From assembly GCA_963664395.2 (NCBI GenBank), contig OY761159.2, forward strand, positions 4,544,001 to 4,608,000: DNA of 64,000 nt, in the 5' to 3' direction. Shown here piece by piece: positions 38,730 through 47,311 of the stretch. The notes below the pieces were generated by a model, which was given only the letters and a program-made list of their open reading frames with translations, ran no database searches and was not told where the DNA came from. Source of the stretch: Candidatus Binatia bacterium. GTDB lineage: Bacteria; Desulfobacterota; Binatia; Bin18. Each line of letters starts with the position of its first letter. The stretch's first letter is position 1. A program made the position numbers and the translations under genes.

Positions 38730-39761
38730 ATGCAGGCCGTTCAAGACAAACACGAATTGCAAGAAGAATACACGATTACCGGGGAAACCATTCCTCTTAT
38801 TGACCTCGGCCCTTTCTTGGCTGAAGAACCGGGGGCAGCCCACACAACCGCCAATGAGATGCGCGACGCCCTCGAACGCATCGGCTTCTTTTTCATTATT
38901 AATCACGGCATCCCGCAATCTCTCCGAGATAAAATGGTGAAGGCTACTGCCCGCTTTTATGCCCTACCCCTTGAACAAAAAATGGCACTCAAAGTGAATG
39001 AAGAAGGCAACGGCTATGTACCGACCCGTGGGGAACTGCCGAAAACCTCGTCATACTACTCCGGAACCAGGAAGCCCGATGTGAGCGAGGCATATCTTCT
39101 CCAGCGTGACTGGGGTCCCAGGCATCGGCCCACGCAGAACCAATGGCCGGAGAGTGAGAACGACTTTCGCAATACCGTGATGGAATTCTTTGATGCCGCG
39201 GAAGATTTGAGTATCCGCATGTTGTCGCTGTATGCTCTGGCTCTGGACCTGGAGCCGGATTTTTTTGACGACAAATTTACCAAGTATCAAGGTTTGAACT
39301 TTTTGCGCGTTGCGCGTATGCCACCCGACAGGCTGGATGAAGATGAATTTAACGTGGGGCCGCACACGGACAGCTCGTTCGTCACCATACTCGCCACGTC
39401 AGACCAACCTGGACTAGAAATTCTCACCCAATCCGGTCGCTGGCTGAAAATGCCGCTCATTCCGAATGCTTTTGTTATCAATTCCGGGGATATGCTGACC
39501 CGCTGGTCAAACGGCCGCGTGCTCTCCACCCCACATCGGGTAATTAACGCCTCGGATACCTATCGCTATTCCATTCCGTTCTTCTTGCATCCAACCCCAG
39601 AGACAGTCATCGAATGTCTCCCCACGTGTTGTGGGCCGGATAATCCGGCCAAAGAGCCACCCATTACCAGCGCAGCTTATTTGCAGTGGTTTCTGGAAGA
39701 GAATTTTGCCTTGGGAGACAAAGTCTATAACGAGGCCGGGGAGCAGGTGACGGCTTCGTAA
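38730..39761 (+). CDS. Isopenicillin N synthase-family 2OG-Fe(II) dioxygenase, paralog 2
   Basis: IGFFFIINHG, PHTD, TPHRV, RYSIPFF; colinear with paralog 1. Confidence 0.92.
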   Translation: MQAVQDKHELQEEYTITGETIPLIDLGPFLAEEPGAAHTTANEMRDALERIGFFFIINHGIPQSLRDKMVKATARFYALPLEQKMALKVNEEGNGYVPTRGELPKTSSYYSGTRKPDVSEAYLLQRDWGPRHRPTQNQWPESENDFRNTVMEFFDAAEDLSIRMLSLYALALDLEPDFFDDKFTKYQGLNFLRVARMPPDRLDEDEFNVGPHTDSSFVTILATSDQPGLEILTQSGRWLKMPLIPNAFVINSGDMLTRWSNGRVLSTPHRVINASDTYRYSIPFFLHPTPETVIECLPTCCGPDNPAKEPPITSAAYLQWFLEENFALGDKVYNEAGEQVTAS

Positions 39762-39766
39762 ACGGC

Positions 39767-40924
39767 CTAAAACCCCAACTCCATTGCGGCCAACAGTTCC
39801 AGCACCTCGTCGCGCTTGAGGGTATGCAGGGGTGCGGAGCGCAGGTCGCGAAAGGCCCGCTCCACCGGGCTGCCCTTCAGGTAGCCGAGCCCGCCGGCCA
39901 CGCGGGTCGCCAGATTGCCGACTTCCAGCATGTTTTCGGCCATATAGGTGCGTAACATCTCAACCGTGGGAATCTGCCGCTCACCATACGGACGTTGCTC
40001 TGATATTTCTCGGGCGGTGGTGTACAGCAGCGTGCGGCAGGCTTCCAGGCGGTTGTACATTTCGCCCAGGGCAAACCGATTCCAGGCCAAATCGCCAACC
40101 CGCTGGCCGGTCTTTTGCACCTTGCGCGTCCGGGCGTATTCCAGGACGTGGGCGTACATGGACTGGCCGATGCCGAGATAGCAGGCGGAAAACGACAAAC
40201 AATACCAGTGCGCGACCTGAGAAAACTCCTCAAACAAGCGGCCTTCTTCACCAATGCGCTGCTCGGGCGTGGCAAAGACGTCCCGCATGGTAATCGTGTG
40301 ACTGCCGGTGGCCCGCATGCCCATGGCATCCCAGGTTTCCTCGACGTTCAAACCTGGCGTGTCGCGTGGCAGGAGAAAGACACAGCCCCCGGAGTCCGGG
40401 CCGGTATAGTCGGCCAGCGAGACGCTGATACCAAAATAATCCACCGCCGGGACGAGCGTGGCAAAGACCTTCTTGCCGTTGAGGATATAGCCGGCCTCGA
40501 CTGCGCGCGCGGTCGAGGCCGGCGACATGATCGAACGAGCGCCGCCGCTCTCGGTATAAAAGCCGTTCAGGAGCATTTTTTTACGGCCCACATTGCCCAG
40601 ATACAGATCTTTTTGCGCTTGCGTCATGAACGGCGTGTAAAAGCCGACGCTATTGCAGTGCATATTGATGGCAAAGGCGGTGGCCGCGCAGCCTTGGACG
40701 AGCTGTTCCTGGGCCAGCACAAAAGTCAGCGGGCTGGCCTCCCAGCCGCCGAACTCCTGCGGCGTGGTCATTGTCGTGTAGCCAGTCTCCTTGAGCCGGG
40801 CGACGTTCTCAAAAGGAAAGCTGCCTTCACGGTCGTGCTGTTCGGCCCGTTCGGCAAATTCAGCCGCAAGCTCCTTGGCCAGATTGATAATACGCTCCTG
40901 GTCAGGCGTGAGATCGAGAAACAT
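39767..40924 (-). CDS. Acyl-CoA dehydrogenase family protein
   Basis: HDREGSFP, LNGKKVF, WDAMGMRATGS, ERAFRDLR; RBS AAGGAGGG before ATG 40924. Confidence 0.9.
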   Translation of the reverse strand: MFLDLTPDQERIINLAKELAAEFAERAEQHDREGSFPFENVARLKETGYTTMTTPQEFGGWEASPLTFVLAQEQLVQGCAATAFAINMHCNSVGFYTPFMTQAQKDLYLGNVGRKKMLLNGFYTESGGARSIMSPASTARAVEAGYILNGKKVFATLVPAVDYFGISVSLADYTGPDSGGCVFLLPRDTPGLNVEETWDAMGMRATGSHTITMRDVFATPEQRIGEEGRLFEEFSQVAHWYCLSFSACYLGIGQSMYAHVLEYARTRKVQKTGQRVGDLAWNRFALGEMYNRLEACRTLLYTTAREISEQRPYGERQIPTVEMLRTYMAENMLEVGNLATRVAGGLGYLKGSPVERAFRDLRSAPLHTLKRDEVLELLAAMELGF

Positions 40925-42083
40925 GGCACCCTCCTTCGTCATTGTATCCGCGCGGGATGTGGTTCGCCGTCCGCTGTACTTGTTCACGCAAAAAAGCCGT
41001 TCGACCAACGAGCTTAAACACGCCCGTCCTCAAACGTTCCGGCCATAAGGTCGAATGATTATAGATACGCGCCAAACGCTGAGTGTGCTCGGTCAACGGC
41101 CGTTCGCGTTGTTCCCACAAGGAGAGACCGGACGCAACATCAGCCGATTCCGCTAAGGCAACGGCAAGAGCAAGGGCATTCATCATTGCGGTCCCCCCAC
41201 CCTGCCCCAAATCTGGAGGCATAGCATGGGCGGCGTCGCCGATAATGGCGACTCGTCCCGCAGACCAACGCGAGAGTTGGATAATAAGAAAGCGTGCCCA
41301 CAGTACCCGCTCCCAATCGGTATCCCGCCCAACGCGCTCCATGACCGCGCTCAAATGGGAAAAAGCCTCCTGCCAGGACGGGACGTCGAGCGGTATCTGT
41401 TTGCCTGATGCATCGGAATCTTGACAGCTCAAGGCGAGGTACAGCTCATCGCGACTACACGGATTCGCGATGATCCGTCGCGTGCCTGACCAATATTCGT
41501 AGTTGACGGCTTCGTCTCCCGGCTCCAGCGCTTTTTCAGCAGCGCTCCGAGGAATGACCATACGGCACGCTCCGCCGGCCTGGAGGACAATTCGGTTGAC
41601 TCTAATACCGATGGCATCGCGCACGCGCGAGTTGACCCCCTCAGCCCCGATGACCAGATCGGCTTTGCAGACCTGGCCATTCTCCAACACTAATTGTCCA
41701 TCCGGCTTGGCAGCCACAACCGGAGAGTCCACCAGGACCTCAACCCCACGCTGCTCGGCCGCCTCGGCTAATATCGCAATAAGATGCTGGCGGGAGATGC
41801 GATAGAGCGCACTCGCAGGAGTCAAGGCGAGGGTTGTCTCGTTTCGGACGTTCCGCGTTTCCAGGCGGCTGATTCGCATGGCTCCCTCTACGGCAGCCTC
41901 AAAAACGCCGAGCGCTTTGAGGACCTTCACACCATTGCCGTGGATGGTCAACGCAAATCCTTCGGCTCGCAAAAAAGGAGTCCGTTCATGCACACGCACG
42001 CTCCAACCACGATCAGCCAGGGCAATAGCGGCCACAAGGCCGGCAAAGCCGGCTCCAGCAATTTCAGCGTGTCTGGTTGCCAT
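40902..42083 (-). CDS. FAD-dependent monooxygenase, MHPCO-like (2-methyl-3-hydroxypyridine-5-carboxylate oxygenase family)
   Basis: HAEIAGAGFAGL.AAIALA..GW.VRVHE, ADLVIGAEG, GDAAHAMPPDLGQG, WEQRERP; recalled similarity to MHPCO along the length. Confidence 0.82.
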   Translation of the reverse strand: MATRHAEIAGAGFAGLVAAIALADRGWSVRVHERTPFLRAEGFALTIHGNGVKVLKALGVFEAAVEGAMRISRLETRNVRNETTLALTPASALYRISRQHLIAILAEAAEQRGVEVLVDSPVVAAKPDGQLVLENGQVCKADLVIGAEGVNSRVRDAIGIRVNRIVLQAGGACRMVIPRSAAEKALEPGDEAVNYEYWSGTRRIIANPCSRDELYLALSCQDSDASGKQIPLDVPSWQEAFSHLSAVMERVGRDTDWERVLWARFLIIQLSRWSAGRVAIIGDAAHAMPPDLGQGGGTAMMNALALAVALAESADVASGLSLWEQRERPLTEHTQRLARIYNHSTLWPERLRTGVFKLVGRTAFLREQVQRTANHIPRGYNDEGGCHVSRSHA

Positions 42084-42171
42084 ACATCTGCTTCTACGTT
42101 GGAAAAAGCGGCCCGAGAGCGTACAGTGTCCGGTTCACAAGGACAGCCACTTTTTCAAAAGAGGGGCAACT

Positions 42172-43083
42172 ATGCAACCAATTGTCACAGACACTATCCG
42201 CATTGAGCGGCTGATTGAGTCAGAAGGCCCCCTGTATCCCCTGCATGTTCTCCTTCCCGATTTGGACCAGTCGGTCATTGACGAACATCGAGACTGGCTG
42301 GCTCCCCGATTTTTTCACCCGGAAACGAACCTGTTGGTGATGAGTCTGCATACCTTTATTATCCGAACTCCTCAGCACATCATTCTGGTCGATACCTGTG
42401 TTGGCAACAATAAACACCGACCCGATTTCGGCAATTGGCATCATCAACACACCCCCTATGTCGAAAACCTCAAAGCCTTGGGCATCTCACTCGAAGACGT
42501 TGATTTTGTCTTTTGCACGCACCTGCATGTAGACCATATCGGCTGGAATACGCGCCTGGCTGATGGCCGTTGGGTGCCAACGTTTCCCGATGCGACGTAT
42601 CTTTTTTCCAGGGAAGAATGGGAGCATTGGCATGCCTATGCGACAGACACTTCTCACCCGGACGATCCCTACCCTCCGCCGGTTCGGCAGGTGCTGCGCG
42701 ATTCCTACCAGGACAGTGTTCTGCCGGTAGTCGAAGCGGGGCAATCTCAATTGATTACCGACGGCCACCATATTGAGGAGGGCATTTGGGTTGAGGCTGC
42801 GCCCGGTCATACGCCGGGGAACGCCATACTCAAGATACAGCGAGACCGCTTACACGTCGTGCTCTCTGGCGACGTGATACACCATCCGCTCCAAGTCGTG
42901 TATCCAGGAGTCTCCAGTGCCTTTTGCTTTGACCCGGAGCAGTCCCGTCAGACGCGCCAAAAATTTATTGTGCGCTACGCCGACTCGAATGCGCTGATCC
43001 TGCCAGCCCATTTTGCGACACCAACAGCCGGGCGGATCATCAGCAGTCAGGATGGTTTTCGTTTTGTCTTTCGTTCTCAATAG
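42172..43083 (+). CDS. MBL-fold metallo-hydrolase (YtnP/lactonase-like)
   Basis: LVDTCVGN, CTHLHVDHIGWN, PGHTPG, GDVIHHP, PAHF; RBS GAGGGG. Confidence 0.92.
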   Translation: MQPIVTDTIRIERLIESEGPLYPLHVLLPDLDQSVIDEHRDWLAPRFFHPETNLLVMSLHTFIIRTPQHIILVDTCVGNNKHRPDFGNWHHQHTPYVENLKALGISLEDVDFVFCTHLHVDHIGWNTRLADGRWVPTFPDATYLFSREEWEHWHAYATDTSHPDDPYPPPVRQVLRDSYQDSVLPVVEAGQSQLITDGHHIEEGIWVEAAPGHTPGNAILKIQRDRLHVVLSGDVIHHPLQVVYPGVSSAFCFDPEQSRQTRQKFIVRYADSNALILPAHFATPTAGRIISSQDGFRFVFRSQ

Positions 43084-43391
43084 TAACGTGAGTAATAGTG
43101 CCTACGGCGAGCTCAGCCGCAAGCTCCTTAGCAATAGTAATGTTACGCTCTTGGTCAGCCATGAGGTGAAGAAACACCATGCCCTCCTTGCATTCAGACT
43201 GCTCTTTCTCGGATTGGTCACCTGTATAGAATGACCTAGCACTGCTAAACGATGAAAGGGAAGGGACTATTGGTTAGCGAGAGAGAGTTCCCACGATGGC
43301 AGCCATCTCTTGCACGGCCTGGAATTCTGGCTATACAGAGCCAGAAAAATAAAGACGAGTACGCGCTGCCAAAAAATGGGAGACCATCCCT

Positions 43392-44630
43392 ATGTATATC
43401 GAAAAACTCGAACTGGAAAATATCAGGACCTTCAAGAAGGCAACCCTTGATTTCGTCCATCCGGACCGGATTTGGTCCAGGAAGACCGCGGCTAACGGCG
43501 ACCCTCAGCCGCGGCTACCGAACGTCAACCTTCTTCTCGGCGACAATGGCTCAGGAAAGACAACCATACTACAGACAGTCGCCCTCTCGACTTTCGGGCC
43601 TGCCGCTAACGACTCTCACCTTGCGGCTCGTACCTTGGTACGTCGCGAGCGGACACAGAAAAAGGCAACCAACCGGTTGCTCGCGCAACTCAAACTTCAC
43701 GAGCAAGACCGCTCATCTCGCGTCGAAATTGATTCAGAGATTCATATCCACAGGCGAGGAGAGCTTGAGCATCTCCGGTTTGAAAGTCGTGAAGACAAAG
43801 CTTGGGACAGCGTGTACGAGTCAGAAAACGATACCTTTTTTGTTGTCGGATACGGAGCGACGCGGCGAGTAGAGCCTGGAGAAAACCTCGACATGGGAGC
43901 CCGCAACAAATCCCGATTTCTCCGGGCGCAGCGGGTCCAAGGCCTCTTTCAGGATTCCTTCTCGCTTATTCCTCTGACGTTCTGGTTACCAAAGCTGAAG
44001 TCATCCAACCCCGGACGTTACAAGCAAATTATTAGGCTCATCGACAAGTTGCTCAAACCAGGAAAATTCGAGTTTACAGGCGAAATGGGCCATAGCGACT
44101 ACGTGTTTCGCCGCAACGGCATCAACATCCCATTCCAGAGCCTTTCTGATGGATATCGAGCATTTATCGGTTGGGTCGGGGACCTTCTCTATCACGTCTG
44201 TTACGGTTGCCCAAAAGGGAAAAAACTGGTGGAAAGTTCCGGCGTCGTCCTGGTCGACGAGATTGACCTCCATCTGCATCCCAAGTGGCAAATGGAAGTG
44301 ATGAGCACAGTCGCCACCGCCCTTCCCCGGTTACAATTCATCATTACATCGCACAGCCCACTTGTTGCCGGCAGTCTTGAGAGCATGAATGTTCACACAC
44401 TCAAGCTCACACAGGCAAACACGACCAAGGTTGAACGATTGACCAATGGCATCCACGGGTTAGATGCGGATCAGATATTGCTGACCGACTTATTCGGGCT
44501 GAAAACAACACGCGCGCGAGCGAAAACGACAAAACTCAAAGCCCTCACCAAGAGGGCTCGTGCGGGAGATAATGACGCTGCAAGGCAACTTGTCGCTCAA
44601 TTGGCATCTGGTATGGAGGATCTCGAATGA
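43392..44630 (+). CDS. ABC-type AAA ATPase, Septu PtuA-like
   Basis: Walker A GDNGSGKTT, GYGATR, signature LSDGY, Walker B VLVDEIDLHLHP, TSHSP. Confidence 0.88.
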   Translation: MYIEKLELENIRTFKKATLDFVHPDRIWSRKTAANGDPQPRLPNVNLLLGDNGSGKTTILQTVALSTFGPAANDSHLAARTLVRRERTQKKATNRLLAQLKLHEQDRSSRVEIDSEIHIHRRGELEHLRFESREDKAWDSVYESENDTFFVVGYGATRRVEPGENLDMGARNKSRFLRAQRVQGLFQDSFSLIPLTFWLPKLKSSNPGRYKQIIRLIDKLLKPGKFEFTGEMGHSDYVFRRNGINIPFQSLSDGYRAFIGWVGDLLYHVCYGCPKGKKLVESSGVVLVDEIDLHLHPKWQMEVMSTVATALPRLQFIITSHSPLVAGSLESMNVHTLKLTQANTTKVERLTNGIHGLDADQILLTDLFGLKTTRARAKTTKLKALTKRARAGDNDAARQLVAQLASGMEDLE

Positions 44631-45505
44631 TCCGAGTACCAATAACGAGGGACAAACTCGAAGCGTTGATAGAAGAGAAAAAGCCAGGTTGGTTAGCACG
44701 CACGAAAACGAAGACTGCGGAAATCGAGAACAACCCCAACCTCAGAATCACAAGCATCTGGAGCCCGATCAAGCCTGTGTACATGACCCTTCAGCATTCC
44801 AAGTGCATATATTGCGAAAGGAAATTTGAATCTCAACCCATAGAACACGATGTGGAACACTTCCGACCGAAGAACAATGTGAAGAGATGGCGAGTACCGC
44901 AGTGGATGAAGGAAGAGGAAGACATTCACGTTCAACAACCTCGAACGGGCTCAGAAAATGGCTATCGATTACTGGCATACCACCCGCTGAATTACGCGGC
45001 CGCCTGTAAAGTATGTAACTCTACTTGTAAACGAGACTACTTCCCTATCGCAGGCTCAAGAAGGAGCACGTCCAAAAATCCGACAAAAATGAAGGCGGAA
45101 AAGGCATACTTGATTTATCCCCTTGGCGATTTCGATGACGACCCGGAAGAATTGATCGCATTCCATGGCCTATCACCGCAGGCCAAGGCGCCGCGTGGAT
45201 TTAAGCGCAAGCGGGCGCTGGTCACTATCGACTTGTTCAAATTGGACGACACCATTGGACGTAAAGGTCTTTTCCAAGATCGCGCCAACAAAATTGAGCA
45301 ACTATATTTCGTACTGCGGATTAGTCAGTCCGAAGATAGGAACAAAGCTGATATAGAACACCAAGCCGTTAGCCGCCTCATCACCTCCGGCAATGGGCAT
45401 GCAAATTGCCTGAAATGTTTTAAGAAATTGTTTGAAACCAACCGCGTCGAAGCAGATCGGATATACAATGGTGTTAAAGATTTCCTCAAATCAATATCCG
45501 ACTGA
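44627..45505 (+). CDS. HNH endonuclease, Septu PtuB-like
   Basis: KCIYCE, DVEHFRPK, LAY...NY..ACKVCN..K...FP; ATGA overlap with the ATPase. Confidence 0.85.
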   Translation: MIRVPITRDKLEALIEEKKPGWLARTKTKTAEIENNPNLRITSIWSPIKPVYMTLQHSKCIYCERKFESQPIEHDVEHFRPKNNVKRWRVPQWMKEEEDIHVQQPRTGSENGYRLLAYHPLNYAAACKVCNSTCKRDYFPIAGSRRSTSKNPTKMKAEKAYLIYPLGDFDDDPEELIAFHGLSPQAKAPRGFKRKRALVTIDLFKLDDTIGRKGLFQDRANKIEQLYFVLRISQSEDRNKADIEHQAVSRLITSGNGHANCLKCFKKLFETNRVEADRIYNGVKDFLKSISD

Positions 45506-45551
45506 TTCCAATCACGACACCGAGTTTCAGGCTCGGCCGCCGACCGCTTAG

Positions 45552-46442
45552 TTATGCCTCAAAGACCGTGTATCCATCCATATAGCCCAGTTCTACCAGC
45601 TCGGTATGCGGGGCACGGCGGGCCATTTCTGCTTTGATTGGCGCTGTTTCGATCTGACGTGAAAAACCGGGTAGCCAGTTATCGTGGTGACTTAAGATGA
45701 CTCGACGCGGACGGAGTAGCGCGGCTTGTTGAGCGACGAATTGGGCCAGCGTGCCTTGAATGGGCTCTCCATCAATATTGCCACGCCCGGCCGCCGCCAG
45801 AATCGCCACGTCGGGTCGCAGGCCGTGAAGAATGCCTTGCCAGTGACCGGACGTATCCTGATACAGCAGCCTGCCTTCCGGCGTGTCAAACAGATAAACG
45901 AGTGCGCCACCGTCCCCCCGGGCCCCTTGCGCCGAGGCTTGCAAGTGCGCAATTACTTCGTCGCCCATGGCGTTGAGCTGCTCCCACAACCCTTTCAGCT
46001 TCTCTTGCTGTTCCTGATAGGTGACGCCAAGTTCGCCAATGCACACGGCATCTGACTCAGGCAGAGGATCGGCACTCCAGACACAGGAATGCTGGCTGGG
46101 ATAGACATCGACAGTCACGTCCGGAGAAAGGCGGAGCGTTTCTCCGCCGGCTACGGGCAAGAGCTGTTCTTCTGGGACGCCTTGAGCGGCCATAATCCGG
46201 ATTGATTCATACGAGCCAATAATTTTTGCGCCCGTGTTTTTGGCGATCCGCTCGGCCCCATAAAGATGGTCAAAGTGGGAATGGCCCACAACGATCCAGT
46301 CTGCCTTTCGAATGACGTCAACCGTGGCTCCGGTCGGCGCAGCGCTTGGAACGCGGTCAATATACGCATCCAGCATGACGACCTGCTCGCCCAGCGTCAA
46401 TCGAAACGTGGCACACCCCATCCAGTCCAAGGCCGCAGTCAT
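45552..46442 (-). CDS. MBL-fold metallo-hydrolase (UlaG-like)
   Basis: WMGCATFRL, GHSHFDH, SQHS, LSHHD; RBS AAGGAG before ATG 46442. Confidence 0.88.
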   Translation of the reverse strand: MTAALDWMGCATFRLTLGEQVVMLDAYIDRVPSAAPTGATVDVIRKADWIVVGHSHFDHLYGAERIAKNTGAKIIGSYESIRIMAAQGVPEEQLLPVAGGETLRLSPDVTVDVYPSQHSCVWSADPLPESDAVCIGELGVTYQEQQEKLKGLWEQLNAMGDEVIAHLQASAQGARGDGGALVYLFDTPEGRLLYQDTSGHWQGILHGLRPDVAILAAAGRGNIDGEPIQGTLAQFVAQQAALLRPRRVILSHHDNWLPGFSRQIETAPIKAEMARRAPHTELVELGYMDGYTVFEA

Positions 46443-46493
46443 CTCTGTCTCCTTCTGCTCACACACGCCCGATCGTATCGTTCCCTGCTGACC

Positions 46494-47054
46494 TTAGGCC
46501 GCCGAGACCGGTGCTTTTAACTTCTGCTCAAACACCTTGCGGAACTTTCGCATCTTGGGATGAATGACCATCATACAGTACGGCTGGTAGGGATTCTGCT
46601 GATAAAAATCCTGGTGGTAGCCTTCCGCGGGATAGAAGGTGGAGAGTGGAACGATCTCGGTGACAATCGGGTTGATCCACAGACCCGATGCATCAGCCTC
46701 CTGCTTGGACTGTGCGGCTATGCGCTGCTGCTCCTCATTATGGTAGAAGATAGCTGAGCGGTACTGCGTCCCGACATCATTGCCTTGACGATTGAGTGTG
46801 GTCGGGTCGTGGGTCTGCCAAAAGATTTCCAGTATTTCCGCAAACGAGATACGAGCGGGATCAAATGTAATCCGTGCGACCTCGACGTGTCCGGTTGTCC
46901 CCGAGCAGACCGCTTCGTAACTTGGATTCTCTACCGCTCCGCCCGTATAACCGGACACGACGCTCTCGACGCCTTCAACCTCCAAATACACCGCCTCAAT
47001 ACACCAGAAACAGCCTGCTCCCAGGGTTGCGGTTTCTCGTCGATCAGCCATCAT
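46494..47054 (-). CDS. msrA: Peptide-methionine (S)-S-oxide reductase
   Basis: GAGCFWC, SGYTGG, HDPTTLNRQGNDVGTQYRS, AEGYHQ. Confidence 0.97.
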   Translation of the reverse strand: MMADRRETATLGAGCFWCIEAVYLEVEGVESVVSGYTGGAVENPSYEAVCSGTTGHVEVARITFDPARISFAEILEIFWQTHDPTTLNRQGNDVGTQYRSAIFYHNEEQQRIAAQSKQEADASGLWINPIVTEIVPLSTFYPAEGYHQDFYQQNPYQPYCMMVIHPKMRKFRKVFEQKLKAPVSAA

Positions 47055-47311
47055 GCCCTCCTATTCCTGACGTGTTTCCGGCCACTCATCAATGTTAGGC
47101 CGGAATGTACCATTTTCAGATACAATCACTCAAGACAGGTTTACGTATTTCTTATATGGCTGGCGGTCTATGTCTCAGAGAAATCGCATCAAAGAGAGTT
47201 ATTCGGCTCTCAGGAAGGAGTCCGTCGGACGTATGGAGAAACCTATACACTCGGCAGCGTGACCGTGCGCTCTATCTGAATAGGGGATTGCTAATGGAGA
47301 CCGTTGTCTCC

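Noticed and set aside
37641-39761. Beta-lactam biosynthesis (true isopenicillin N synthase)
   Set aside because: No NRPS/ACV synthetase nearby; the family is broad and the context is catabolic
43084-45505. Complete type I-A retron
   Set aside because: No RT gene is adjacent and I could not identify msr/msd-type long inverted repeats
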